Of a stretch of 27,645 nucleotides of DNA, positions 8,537 to 17,799 are shown one piece after another. Below the pieces are notes generated by a model. That model was not told the DNA's origin. It made no database searches and was given only the letters and a program-made list of their open reading frames with translations. Location of the stretch: the IMG/VR virus record IMGVR_UViG_3300009095_000059, positions 1 through 27,645 of that record. The stretch is one strand, 5' to 3'. The stretch is from a virus. Its lineage: Duplodnaviria > Caudoviricetes. Numbering within the stretch: position 1 is the stretch's first letter; every line of letters starts with the position of its first letter. Both the position numbers and the translations under genes were made by a program.

Positions 8537-8739
8537 TAATAAAATCCCGGTTGTGATTTTTCAGAAGTTGGACGATTAAGCCCCGGATTTAGTTCTACCA
8601 TGCAGTCTTTTTTCTTTTTTGCCTCTTTGGATATGTTGTAGGCTATGGCAACAGCCTGTTTCCTTGGTTTTCCTTCAGCAATCAGCTTTTTAATGTTCGC
8701 GTGAATGCTTTCTTGGCTATATCCTTGAGTTAGTGGCAT
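8536..8739 (-). CDS. Conserved small basic phage protein
   Basis: 'MPL..G.S...I..NI..L..EGKP.KQAVAIA' is a widespread small phage protein motif; GGAG RBS on the minus strand. Confidence 0.8.
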   Translation of the reverse strand: MPLTQGYSQESIHANIKKLIAEGKPRKQAVAIAYNISKEAKKKKDCMVELNPGLNRPTSEKSQPGFY

Positions 8740-8813
8740 AGATTAGCTCCTTGCTTTTCTCAAACGATAAAACGCTTCCCCTTTAGTTTCCAGAAGATTT
8801 AGCATCTTTTTTA

Positions 8814-8842
8814 TTGCTGTTTAAAAAAATAGTGCATATAAG
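8814..8842 (+). promoter_or_regulatory. Putative sigma70-type promoter for the P63C gene
   Basis: TTGCTG (8814-8819), 17 bp spacer, TATAAG (8837-8842). If real, it would favour the ATG at 8870 as the start. Confidence 0.35.
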
Positions 8843-8845
8843 CAA

Positions 8846-9760
8846 ATGAACAAAAAAAACAGAGAGCTTATGACTAAATCAGAACATCATGTTAAGGCAG
8901 CCAATGAGCGTTGGAATCCTACAATTCCAAGAGCGACACACAGCGGAATTTTAAATATTGGAGGTATAGAGATAGCTTGCGATGTTTTGGAAGACGAAAC
9001 AAGGGTTTTAAGAAGGAAAGAATTCTTAAAAACTTTAGGAAGAGGAAAGCCAAATCACGCAACGATTTTAAGGGCCGAAAGGGAAAATTTGCCAATTTTT
9101 TTAAGTGCAAAGAACCTCTCACCATATTTTGAAGGCGATTTTTTAGCGAGGACCAAGGAAATATCCTACAAAAATAAATTGGGCATAAAATATAAAGGTT
9201 ACAACTCAAATATTTTGCCTGAAACTTGCGAGATTTATTTAAAAGCTAGGCAGGATAAAGTTTTAACTGAAGATCAGTTACATATCGCCCAATTTTGTGA
9301 AATCATGATGAGAGCCTTTGCAAAAGTTGGTCTTGTTGCTCTAATTGATGAATGCACAGGATATCAAGAAGTCAGACAGCGAAACGAGCTTGAAAAGATA
9401 CTCGAAAAGTATATTTCGGAGGAGTTGCGATCTTGGACAAAAAAATTTCCTAATGAGTTTTTTAAGCAAGTTTATCGCCTGTATGGTTGGGAATATTCAG
9501 GATCTCCAAGGCATCCTAAATTTTTAGGCAGTATAATTAATAAATACGTTTATGAAAAATTGCCTCCTGGAGTGCTCGAAGAGCTTAAACGAAAAAATCC
9601 TAGAAATGAAAACGGCCACAGACAATATCGGCACCATCAATTTTTGAGTGAGGACATAGGAGAAGAAAATTTATTGAAGCAGATAGTACAAACTACTTCG
9701 ATTATGAAAGTATCGGATAGCATTAACGAATTTAAAAAATTGATGGATAGGCTATCTTGA
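8846..9760 (+). CDS. P63C-domain protein (phage Mx8 p63-like, putative DNA-binding/regulatory)
   Basis: 'G.L.IGG.EI.C.VLED..RVL', 'AFAKVGLVALIDECTGYQEVR', 'W.KKFP.EFF...YRL.GW' and 'YVYEKLPPGVLEELKRKNP..RHHQFLS..IG' motifs. Start is 8846 or 8870. Confidence 0.9.
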   Translation: MNKKNRELMTKSEHHVKAANERWNPTIPRATHSGILNIGGIEIACDVLEDETRVLRRKEFLKTLGRGKPNHATILRAERENLPIFLSAKNLSPYFEGDFLARTKEISYKNKLGIKYKGYNSNILPETCEIYLKARQDKVLTEDQLHIAQFCEIMMRAFAKVGLVALIDECTGYQEVRQRNELEKILEKYISEELRSWTKKFPNEFFKQVYRLYGWEYSGSPRHPKFLGSIINKYVYEKLPPGVLEELKRKNPRNENGHRQYRHHQFLSEDIGEENLLKQIVQTTSIMKVSDSINEFKKLMDRLS

Positions 9761-9825
9761 AAATCAAATATCACTTTCGTAAAAAAGTCGAATATGATAT
9801 ATTAGAGTCAAATTTTGTTGTTTTT

Positions 9826-9854
9826 GGGGGAACGATGTGTTCCCCTTTTTTTTT
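9826..9854 (+). terminator. Intrinsic (Rho-independent) terminator
   Basis: Hairpin GGGGAAC-gatgt-GTTCCCC (9827-9845) followed by nine Ts (9846-9854). Confidence 0.75.
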
Positions 9855-9863
9855 GGCGGTTTT

Positions 9864-10259
9864 ATGGCGATAACGATTAAAGAACTTCAGAACAGAAAAA
9901 CCTTCTTAGTACACAAATTCAAAGCGCATTCTTGCACAACTGATCAAATTAAGTTTCCGTCTAAGCTGGAAAAAGATTGTTATCTGACTCTAAAATCACT
10001 TCAAGAGCAAAAAAAAATCCTCTTTTTCTTGAGACAGATTGGTTTTGATCTGCCAGGGGGCTATCGGCACTTTGTCGATTTTTTAGTGTTTAAGGAAAAC
10101 ACGGCTTTTTTTGTGGAATCAAAAGGTCGTGATTTAGCAGTCGGTAGAATGAAAAGAGAACAAGTAGAAGAACTTTACAATATTAAAATTCACGTTGTTC
10201 AAAACTGGAAGCATCTGGAAAAATTGATCGAACATAATTTTATGGAGAAAAATGGCTAA
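9864..10259 (+). CDS. DUF1064-family PD-(D/E)xK endonuclease
   Basis: 'HKFKA...D.IKFPSKLE..CY..L...LRQ..FDL....FVDF....VESKG'. ATG at 9864 preferred, since the GTG at 9837 lies inside the terminator. Confidence 0.8.
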   Translation: MAITIKELQNRKTFLVHKFKAHSCTTDQIKFPSKLEKDCYLTLKSLQEQKKILFFLRQIGFDLPGGYRHFVDFLVFKENTAFFVESKGRDLAVGRMKREQVEELYNIKIHVVQNWKHLEKLIEHNFMEKNG

Positions 10260-10839
10260 AAAACCTCCCCAATTCCAATTATTGACCGATATTGAGTTTA
10301 GAACAGAGAAGAGGAGGTTAGGCGACCTAGTGCCTTACGAAAGAAACCCCCGTACTCTTTCTAAAAAGCAATACGAGGACTTGATGGAGTCTTTCAGACG
10401 TTTCAATTACGTCGAACTTTGCGTTGTGAACGAGGATAATACAGTCGTAGCAGGACATCAGCGATTAAAAATCATGATGGATTTATGGGGCAAAGACAAA
10501 GAAATTGAGGTAAGAGTACCGAATAGGCCACTTTCTCAAGAGGAGTTTAGAGAATATCTAATGCGCTCAAACGTTAATACGGGCTCCTTCGATCTTGATA
10601 TAATCATGGCTGATTTCGATTTAGACTTTCTCAATGTTATTGGTTTTGATAAATCAATACTCGGAATTGAAGAAGAGATACAAGATATTTCAGAAATAAC
10701 TGACGTGACAGAAAGCGCAAATTTCACAATAAAATGTAAAAACATCGTCGAACTTAAAAAGCTTCAGGATTACCTTGGGACGCAAAAAAATAAGGTAACT
10801 CTTGAAAAATTTATGGAGTTAATTGAGGAGTTAAATTGA
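10252..10839 (+). CDS. ParB/Srx N-terminal domain protein
   Basis: 'LVPYERNPR..L..S...F.Y...VVNEDNTVVAGHQRL' is the ParB-N signature; no fused methyltransferase domain is seen. Confidence 0.85.
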   Translation: MAKKPPQFQLLTDIEFRTEKRRLGDLVPYERNPRTLSKKQYEDLMESFRRFNYVELCVVNEDNTVVAGHQRLKIMMDLWGKDKEIEVRVPNRPLSQEEFREYLMRSNVNTGSFDLDIIMADFDLDFLNVIGFDKSILGIEEEIQDISEITDVTESANFTIKCKNIVELKKLQDYLGTQKNKVTLEKFMELIEELN

Positions 10840-11783
10840 AATCAATAGCAATCTTAGAGGTAGGTGCAACACAAGAACCAAATTTTAAAACTTGTATAGA
10901 TGCGCATTTAAGAAACTCAATAATCTTAAAAAATGTTTTGCATTGTGATTTGCTAAGTAGAGATCAGGATTATATTAAAGCTCTGCAAAATAGATATGAT
11001 TGTTTTTTACTTCCATTTAATACTCAATATTTGCCGTTTACATTAATTGAAAAAATCATAGAAAAAAACCCTTTAGCTAAAAGAGTTTTGTTTAGAAATG
11101 AATATGATTTTCAATCGGTTAGTCCAGTTTTTCCGCCACCTTGGATTGAGATTGCTAACTATGAATCATCAAGGGCGAAAGGGAATAATGTAGAATCGTT
11201 TTTTTCTCTAAATCTTAATCTTATCATAGCTAAGAAAGAAAATCCTCTCACAAGCAAACCCTATGAGTGTATCTACTATTCGACTTTTAGAGAGAACAGA
11301 GATAGGTATCACCAAATTTATTTAAAAGATCGCATGATCCTAAGCACTTCTAAGAAGAACGTCATAAAATTTATGAAAGCAGGCATCACCTGCAACTTCA
11401 TAAAAAAGCTGACTTGGGAACCACGTAAAGAGACACTTAATCTATTTAAGTACTCTCTTTATCTAGAGGATGAATTCACGCATACTTTTTTCAATAATTT
11501 ATCTAATCGTTGGTATGAAGCTGGTTTCTGTAACAACGTAGTTTTTTTTGATAAAAATTGCTGGAATACAATCAAAAAAAGCGAATTGAAGCCGTATTTG
11601 GAATCTGTAGAGTTTTATCTAGTAGAAAGTTATGAAGATTTGCAAGACAAAATTAAATTGTGCAACCCAAATTTTCAAGATCATTTAGAGATTCAAAAAA
11701 GCTGGAGAAAAAACGAGCCTGCTCTTAGAGAAACCATGCTCAAAGAGCTATACGAAATACTCCATCATAAAATTTATGAGTAA
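10836..11783 (+). CDS. GT-B glycosyltransferase resembling T4 DNA beta-glucosyltransferase
   Basis: Colinear motif matches to T4 BGT as recalled: MKSIAILEVG..NFKT vs MKIAIINMG..NFKT; CIYYSTFRENR vs VIYGGSFRSGQR; NRWYEA...VVFFD vs LRVWET...VMLID; FYLVESYEDLQDKI vs FYVNNRAELIDRV. Confidence 0.65.
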   Translation: MKSIAILEVGATQEPNFKTCIDAHLRNSIILKNVLHCDLLSRDQDYIKALQNRYDCFLLPFNTQYLPFTLIEKIIEKNPLAKRVLFRNEYDFQSVSPVFPPPWIEIANYESSRAKGNNVESFFSLNLNLIIAKKENPLTSKPYECIYYSTFRENRDRYHQIYLKDRMILSTSKKNVIKFMKAGITCNFIKKLTWEPRKETLNLFKYSLYLEDEFTHTFFNNLSNRWYEAGFCNNVVFFDKNCWNTIKKSELKPYLESVEFYLVESYEDLQDKIKLCNPNFQDHLEIQKSWRKNEPALRETMLKELYEILHHKIYE

Positions 11784-12252
11784 AAAAATGGATGATAAAC
11801 ACTATACCGAAAGAAAATATAGAAAATTTAGAAAGAAAGGTGAGGTAATCGGAGCTATTAAAAGAAAAGTAGATATTGATTGGCAAAAAGTATCTTTTTT
11901 ACTTAATTCACGCTGCACAATCAAAGAAATTGCAGGCTTTTTTGATTGTTCGGAAGACGTGATTTACAGCCGATTTGAGCAAGGCATGGGCATAAGCTAT
12001 AAGGAATGGTCAGAGCGTCAGAAATACAAGGGCGACGCTATGCTTAGGAGTAAACAGTTTCAAGAGGCTATGCAAGGCAATAACCGCATGTTGGTTTTAC
12101 TAGGAAAAGAGCGTTTAGGACAGACAGACACGCAACAACAAGTTATTACACAAAAAACCACTCAAAAATGCATTTTGGAATTGCCAGATAATGGGAACCG
12201 TTCGCCGAATCAAACCACAGGAAGGCCCTCAGACACAGTTTTTCAAGACTAA
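11776..12252 (+). CDS. terS: Terminase small subunit
   Basis: HTH 'CTIKEIAGFFDCSEDVI' and 'LRSKQFQEAMQGNNRMLVLLGKERLGQTD'; lies directly upstream of terL. Confidence 0.8.
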   Translation: MSKKMDDKHYTERKYRKFRKKGEVIGAIKRKVDIDWQKVSFLLNSRCTIKEIAGFFDCSEDVIYSRFEQGMGISYKEWSERQKYKGDAMLRSKQFQEAMQGNNRMLVLLGKERLGQTDTQQQVITQKTTQKCILELPDNGNRSPNQTTGRPSDTVFQD

Positions 12253-13546
12253 TGCCGATTTGGTCATTTACGGAGGAAGCGCAGGAGGGGGAAAGACCTA
12301 TGCGTTACTCATGGAAGCTCTTTGGCATCATGACGTTCAGGGCTATAATGCCGTAATTTTCAGAAAAAACGCTAATCAAGTTAGGAATCCGGGCGGACTC
12401 TGGGATAACTCTTGCGAGCTTTTTTATGATTTTGGAGGCTATGCTAGAGAAACAGTACTCGAATGGTCTTTTGATTCAGGAGCAATAATCAAATTTGCTC
12501 ATCTGGACACTGAAAAAGATAAATACTCTTGGCAAGGAAGTCAAATTTGTTTTATTGGCTTTGATGAATTGACACACTTTTCTTGGGGTCAATTCGTTTA
12601 CATGCTATCAAGAAATAGGTCCATTTGTGGAATCAGACCTTACATTCGAGCTACAACGAATCCGGATCCGGATTCCTGGGTAAGAAATTTTGTCGACTGG
12701 TGGATTGATTCCAAAACAGGATACGCTATCAAAGAACGCTCTGGAGTCATTAGATGGTTTATTGTCCAAGGCGATGAAACCATTTGGGCAGACTCTAAAG
12801 AAGAGCTTCAGGAACGTTTTGAAGGATGCTTACCTAAAAGTGTTTCCTTTATCGCATCAAATATTTTCGATAATCAAATTTTGTTAGATAAAAACCCCGA
12901 GTATCTAGCCAACTTAAAAGCACTGCCGAAATTTGAGCGTGAGCAACTCCTCAATGGAAATTGGAATATTCGCCCGACTTCTGGAATGCTGTTTCAAAGA
13001 GGCCATTTTGAAGTTGTCAACGCTGTACCAAAAAACACAAAAAAAGTTAGGTATTGGGATAGAGCAGCAACTAAAAAGACTGAAACAAACGATCCTGATT
13101 ATACTGTTGGATTAAAACTTGAGCAAGACAGTAACGGATTACTCTACATTACCGATATTATTCGCATTCAAGATACTCCCCTCATCGTACAAAAGACGAT
13201 CAGAAACACAGCGACACAAGACGGGTTGAATGTTAGAATTGGCATTGAGCAAGACCCGGGGCAAGCTGGAGTAAGTGAGGCAGATTATTTAGTTAGACAC
13301 CTTAGCGGTTTTCCTGTTAAAACCTATAAAGCGACTAAAGATAAAATTACTAGATCGTTACCGATTTCATCACAATGCGAAGCAGGAAACGTCAAAGTTA
13401 TTAAAGCATCATGGAACGAAGATTTTTTTAAAGAGTTGGAAAATTTCCCCGAGTCATCTCATGATGATATTGTGGACGCACTAAGCGGAGCTTTTCTAAT
13501 GCTCTCAGAAGAAAAATATGATTTAAACGCTATCCTCTCAATGTAG
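12191..13546 (+). CDS. terL: Terminase large subunit
   Basis: Walker A GGSAGGGKT, Walker B IGFDELT, motif III ATTNP, nuclease motifs 'YWDRA' and 'HDDIVDALSGAF'. Confidence 0.95.
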   Translation: MGTVRRIKPQEGPQTQFFKTNADLVIYGGSAGGGKTYALLMEALWHHDVQGYNAVIFRKNANQVRNPGGLWDNSCELFYDFGGYARETVLEWSFDSGAIIKFAHLDTEKDKYSWQGSQICFIGFDELTHFSWGQFVYMLSRNRSICGIRPYIRATTNPDPDSWVRNFVDWWIDSKTGYAIKERSGVIRWFIVQGDETIWADSKEELQERFEGCLPKSVSFIASNIFDNQILLDKNPEYLANLKALPKFEREQLLNGNWNIRPTSGMLFQRGHFEVVNAVPKNTKKVRYWDRAATKKTETNDPDYTVGLKLEQDSNGLLYITDIIRIQDTPLIVQKTIRNTATQDGLNVRIGIEQDPGQAGVSEADYLVRHLSGFPVKTYKATKDKITRSLPISSQCEAGNVKVIKASWNEDFFKELENFPESSHDDIVDALSGAFLMLSEEKYDLNAILSM

Positions 13547-13552
13547 GTCATC

Positions 13553-15040
13553 ATGAAAGAGTCAAAAGGTTACGCCTTGCAAAGGAAAATTGATTTTACC
13601 GTTCAAGAAAAAATGGCACAGCTCGGAAGCTCTTTTACCTCAAATAATGATGGATGGATGAACGTTTTAACTGGTCTAGGGATAAAGGGCAGAGACAAAA
13701 ACGTTTCTACATCGTATAGACTATGCAGTATTTTGAGTTATGCAGAATTAGACCAGCTATATCGTGGAGATGGTTTTGTTAAAAGAGTTATTGAATTGCC
13801 AGCTTCTGAGATGATAAGGCAGGGATGGAAAATTGACGGAGACATCAAGGACGAAGTTAATTCAAAACTAGAGGAGTTAAATGCATTTCAAAAATTAAAT
13901 GATTTAATTAAATATTCTAGGCTATACGGTGGAGCGTTATTGATTATTGGCGTTGCCGATGGAAGACCTTTAGAGGAGCCTGTGGATGAAAATAATATTC
14001 AAGATGTTTGTTGGTTGCATTGTTTTGATAGATACGTTTGTTTTTCTCAAGATGGAACTTTTGAAGGAAATTTAAATAGTCCAAATTATGGATATCCAAA
14101 TATTTATACTGTCAACGATGTTAGAACAGGAAACGTTTTCACGGTTCATCATTCAAGAATTTTAAGAATGGATTGGGCTATTCTGCCACCACGTCAGCAG
14201 TCATATAATGACGGTTGGGCTGATTCTTGCATTCAATCAATGTATCAAGAGCTTAAAAACTACTCTACAGCATTTGCAAATGCTGGTTTGATTATTCAAG
14301 ATTACGTCAATAACGTTATAAAAATCCCTTCTCTCGGTGAAAAAATAGCTTCAGATTGTGGCGATGGCGTGGTTTCAAAAAGATTGGATATTATCAATCT
14401 TTCAAAATCAGTTGCTAATATGTTAGTATTAGATAAAGAAGAAGAGTTAATTAAAATTACTACAAATATTTCTGGTCTTCCTGAGTTATTAGATCGCTTT
14501 ATGCAAACCATGAGCGCAGTTTCTGGCATACCTGTCACGTTACTTTTTGGTCGTAGTGCTGCTGGCATGAATGCCACAGGCGACAACGATATTAGAAACT
14601 TTTACGACTTGATAAAGCAATGGCAGGAATACAAACTCAAACCATGCTTAGAAAAGCTTGTGAAGTACATTTTTTTAAGCAAACGAGGGCCAACAAAAGG
14701 CATTCAACCAGACAACTGGGGGATTAAATTTACTCCTCTCTGGCAAAACACAGAAGAGCAAATTGCTCTAATGCGAAGAACAATAGCAGAGACTGATAGA
14801 ATTTATATTGAAAGCGGCGTTCTTGACCCGAACGAAGTCGCAATCTCTCGCTTCGGAGGTGATTCTTACAGCATGGACACGATTATTGACGTGTCATTAA
14901 GAGAAGGCGGTTACAATCAAAAAGAAACCGAATTGTTAGAGTCTGAAAAATTGCTTGAGACTGAAAAATCAGAACCTGATCCAACTATCGGCCCCGATTT
15001 CATGCAAAGCAACATCCAAGAACCAAGGGGGATCTTTTAG
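13553..15040 (+). CDS. Portal protein (DUF1073 family)
   Basis: 'DGWMNVLTGLG', 'SRLYGGA', 'VHHSRIL', 'SGIPVTLLFGRSAAGMNATGDNDIRNFYD', 'IKFTPLWQ'; follows terL. Confidence 0.9.
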   Translation: MKESKGYALQRKIDFTVQEKMAQLGSSFTSNNDGWMNVLTGLGIKGRDKNVSTSYRLCSILSYAELDQLYRGDGFVKRVIELPASEMIRQGWKIDGDIKDEVNSKLEELNAFQKLNDLIKYSRLYGGALLIIGVADGRPLEEPVDENNIQDVCWLHCFDRYVCFSQDGTFEGNLNSPNYGYPNIYTVNDVRTGNVFTVHHSRILRMDWAILPPRQQSYNDGWADSCIQSMYQELKNYSTAFANAGLIIQDYVNNVIKIPSLGEKIASDCGDGVVSKRLDIINLSKSVANMLVLDKEEELIKITTNISGLPELLDRFMQTMSAVSGIPVTLLFGRSAAGMNATGDNDIRNFYDLIKQWQEYKLKPCLEKLVKYIFLSKRGPTKGIQPDNWGIKFTPLWQNTEEQIALMRRTIAETDRIYIESGVLDPNEVAISRFGGDSYSMDTIIDVSLREGGYNQKETELLESEKLLETEKSEPDPTIGPDFMQSNIQEPRGIF

Positions 15041-15879
15041 TGCCAACAATCCAGCAATTGCAGCTAATTGCAGCAAGAAAAGAGAAAGGACGCACGAAGA
15101 GGCTTAAAAATCCTCCTAAGTGGCTTTTCCCAAGCACAGCGGAAAGAGAGTATACTAAGGAACTCTATCAGCTCACGAACGAATTAAAAAAGCTCATCAA
15201 AGAAATTCTAATTCCTCAACTACCTAGTTTGTTTGTCGAAGTGGAGATTAAAACCTCTGATTCAGTAAAGAACGATGATTTTTTAGACAGACTTAAAGCG
15301 ATCATCTTAACGATTTCACAAGCGATAGAGCCAAAAGTTAAAGAAACTATCTTTGAGTCTAAAAAAATTGGCGTTGACATCGCACGATATAATCAAACTC
15401 AGTACCAAAAAACGGTTAAATCAGTGTTCGGAATAGACATTTTTGAAAATGAACCTTGGTTAGTCGATCAACTTAAACTGTTCTCCTCACAAAATGCGCA
15501 GTTGATTAAATCGCTTCCATCGCAAGAGCTGGAGCAAGTTAGCCAAGCGATTGAAAGAGGATTGCAAGAAGGCTCTCCGATTAAAGATATTGAAAGAGAA
15601 TTAATTCAAAGATTTGGTATAACGCAAAGAAGAGCTAAATTAATCGCTAGGGATCAAACCAGCAAATTAAATGCTAGCCTAACTAAATTGAGACAAGAAC
15701 AATTGGGCGTTGAAGAATATCTCTGGCAGACAGCAGGAGACGAAAGAGTCAGGCCGACACACAAAGCTAACGATGGAAAAAAATTTAAGTGGAGTAATCC
15801 ACCACCAACAGGACATCCAGGGACTGCTGTAAATTGTCGTTGCGTAGCTATACCAGTGCTAGAGGGTATTTTAGAATGA
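15040..15879 (+). CDS. Minor head protein (Mu gpF / SPP1 gp7 family)
   Basis: 'RAKLIARDQTSKLN..YLWQTAGDERVRPTH..PG..VNCRC'; GTG start overlaps the portal stop. Confidence 0.9.
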   Translation: MPTIQQLQLIAARKEKGRTKRLKNPPKWLFPSTAEREYTKELYQLTNELKKLIKEILIPQLPSLFVEVEIKTSDSVKNDDFLDRLKAIILTISQAIEPKVKETIFESKKIGVDIARYNQTQYQKTVKSVFGIDIFENEPWLVDQLKLFSSQNAQLIKSLPSQELEQVSQAIERGLQEGSPIKDIERELIQRFGITQRRAKLIARDQTSKLNASLTKLRQEQLGVEEYLWQTAGDERVRPTHKANDGKKFKWSNPPPTGHPGTAVNCRCVAIPVLEGILE

Positions 15880-16997
15880 TGGAATCAAGATTTGATCGTG
15901 GAATAGTTAGGGGTGAAGCGGAATTAACACCTGAAGGGTATATTAAAGCTCTTGCCGTAGTAACCAGAACAGGAATTTTTGATTATCGCAATCCTGACGG
16001 ATCAATCAGAAGAGAGCTAAGACATCCTGATGAAGTTTTCGATCCTTCTTCTCTTGAGTCTATGAAAATGATTCCTGTTACTAATGGTCATCCACTAGAG
16101 CGTTTAGTCAATGCAGACAATGCAAGGAATCTTGCTATAGGATATACAGGAGAGACAATTGAGGTAGAAAAAGAGTTTATTCTTTCTAAGCTTCTAATCA
16201 CAGATAAAGAGGCCGTTAAAGACGTTAAAGAAAGAAATAGAAAGCAATTATCTTTAGGGTATACCGTTGAGCTAGTTAAAGAAGATGGAACTTATAACGG
16301 AAAGCCATATGACTATAGACAAACTAATATCCGATATAATCACTTGTCAATAGTCTCTGAGGCAAGAGCAGGAAGCGAAGCAACAATTGCATTAGACGAA
16401 AACGACACGGTCGAAATTTTCAAACAGGAGAATACAATGGCCAAAATTAAATTAAGAATAGATCAAGAGGAAATCATGGTTGAGCCAAGCACAGCCCAAC
16501 ATTATGAAAAACTCATGAAAGATTATGAGAATCTCATGGCGGAAAAACAAAGAGTTGAGCAAGAGCTTGAAATGATTAAGTCCATGCTAGAAAAAGCACA
16601 GGCTGAACGTGATTCAGCTATGGAAAAGAAAACAGAGCTTGATCCAGAAGATAAACCCGGCCCAGTGAACACTGATAGCGCAGAATTTAAAAACGCAGTA
16701 AAAGCTAGAGTTGCTCTTGAAAAACAAGTAGAGAACGCTCTAGGACGAGATATTAAAATTGATTCTCTCTCAGACATTGATTTAAAAAAGAAAATCATTT
16801 TGTCGAGAAGGCCAACAATGAATTTAGACGGAAAATCTGAAACTTATATCAATGTAGCCTATGATATCGCTATTTCTGAGCTACATATGGAGCCAGTGGT
16901 AAAAGCAACTTCTAAAGTCAAGGTTGACTCTGTAGAGGTAAATGCCGAAGAAGCAAGACAAAAAATGATCGACAGAATGATTAAAGGAGCAAAATAA
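15876..16997 (+). CDS. DUF2213 putative prohead protease with C-terminal scaffold region
   Basis: 'TPEGY..RTGIFDY..ELR.PDEVF..SL.S..IPVTNGHP..LSLGY..Q.NI.YNHL.IV..ARAG', then a coiled coil. ATG 15876 overlaps the upstream TGA. Confidence 0.88.
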   Translation: MMESRFDRGIVRGEAELTPEGYIKALAVVTRTGIFDYRNPDGSIRRELRHPDEVFDPSSLESMKMIPVTNGHPLERLVNADNARNLAIGYTGETIEVEKEFILSKLLITDKEAVKDVKERNRKQLSLGYTVELVKEDGTYNGKPYDYRQTNIRYNHLSIVSEARAGSEATIALDENDTVEIFKQENTMAKIKLRIDQEEIMVEPSTAQHYEKLMKDYENLMAEKQRVEQELEMIKSMLEKAQAERDSAMEKKTELDPEDKPGPVNTDSAEFKNAVKARVALEKQVENALGRDIKIDSLSDIDLKKKIILSRRPTMNLDGKSETYINVAYDIAISELHMEPVVKATSKVKVDSVEVNAEEARQKMIDRMIKGAK

Positions 16998-16998
16998 A

Positions 16999-17787
16999 AT
17001 GGCTGGACAAACTTCTTATCCTACCGAAATGGTAGTGGCAAGCGAAGGACTTTTGGCAGACTCTGGATTTGTCAATGTTCTTTCTCCTAGAGCTTTTGAT
17101 GAAATTCCGATTGGTCGAGGCGTTGCAAAAGTAACTGGAGTAGATTATCAAGTCAGATTACCAGAACAAAACCTTTCTACAATTGTTTTGAGTGCTGATT
17201 TGGTTACCTCAAACTCGATTGCAGTTTCAGTTAATGGCGTAGCTTTAACCCCTATTGTGTTTGATAATTCGCATTTAGACACAATGAATCTAATTGCAGC
17301 AGCTATTGAATTAGAACCGGGAATTGCTTCAGCCGTAGTCGGAGGAGCAAACGACCGCACAATTACAGTAATCTCCGATAACGGAGAGACTTCAACAATT
17401 AACAGTTTTGTAGTTACGCTAGGAGCTTCTCAGGCCACGGCAACAATTACAAATACAACCTCAGATACACTTTACGGGCTTGCTTTGAGAATTCAAAACA
17501 AGATGAACCTTTATTCTCAAGCTGGCTCTGATGGTGCTTCGCCATACTATGAAGGCGATTGCGTTTCAATGTTGACAAAAGGCAGAGCTTACGTAAAAGT
17601 CGAGGATGTAGTTAACTCTGATGATGCGGTTTACTGCCGATTCAAGGCAAACGGAGGCAATACTTTATTAGGTTCCTTCCGTTCCGATAGCGACTCTGGA
17701 ACCTGTTTTGAAGTAGTCGGTGCAGTATGGAGAGTAGGAGCCTCAGCAGGTGGCTTGGCAACTCTTGAAATCAACCAACCAAACTAA
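16999..17787 (+). CDS. Capsid decoration/cement protein with a ~92-aa inserted domain
   Basis: Lies between protease and MCP; 'IPIGRGV', 'Y..GDCVSMLTKGRAYV..V...D.VY.RF', 'G.FRSD'. Insert at residues ~60-151. Confidence 0.8.
   Translation: MAGQTSYPTEMVVASEGLLADSGFVNVLSPRAFDEIPIGRGVAKVTGVDYQVRLPEQNLSTIVLSADLVTSNSIAVSVNGVALTPIVFDNSHLDTMNLIAAAIELEPGIASAVVGGANDRTITVISDNGETSTINSFVVTLGASQATATITNTTSDTLYGLALRIQNKMNLYSQAGSDGASPYYEGDCVSMLTKGRAYVKVEDVVNSDDAVYCRFKANGGNTLLGSFRSDSDSGTCFEVVGAVWRVGASAGGLATLEINQPN
17176..17451 (+). repeat. Shared inserted domain, copy 1 (in the decoration protein)
   Basis: STIVLSADLVTSNSI...[19 protein letters not shown]...[16 protein letters not shown]. Confidence 0.9.
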
Positions 17788-17799
17788 GAGGTTTAAAAA

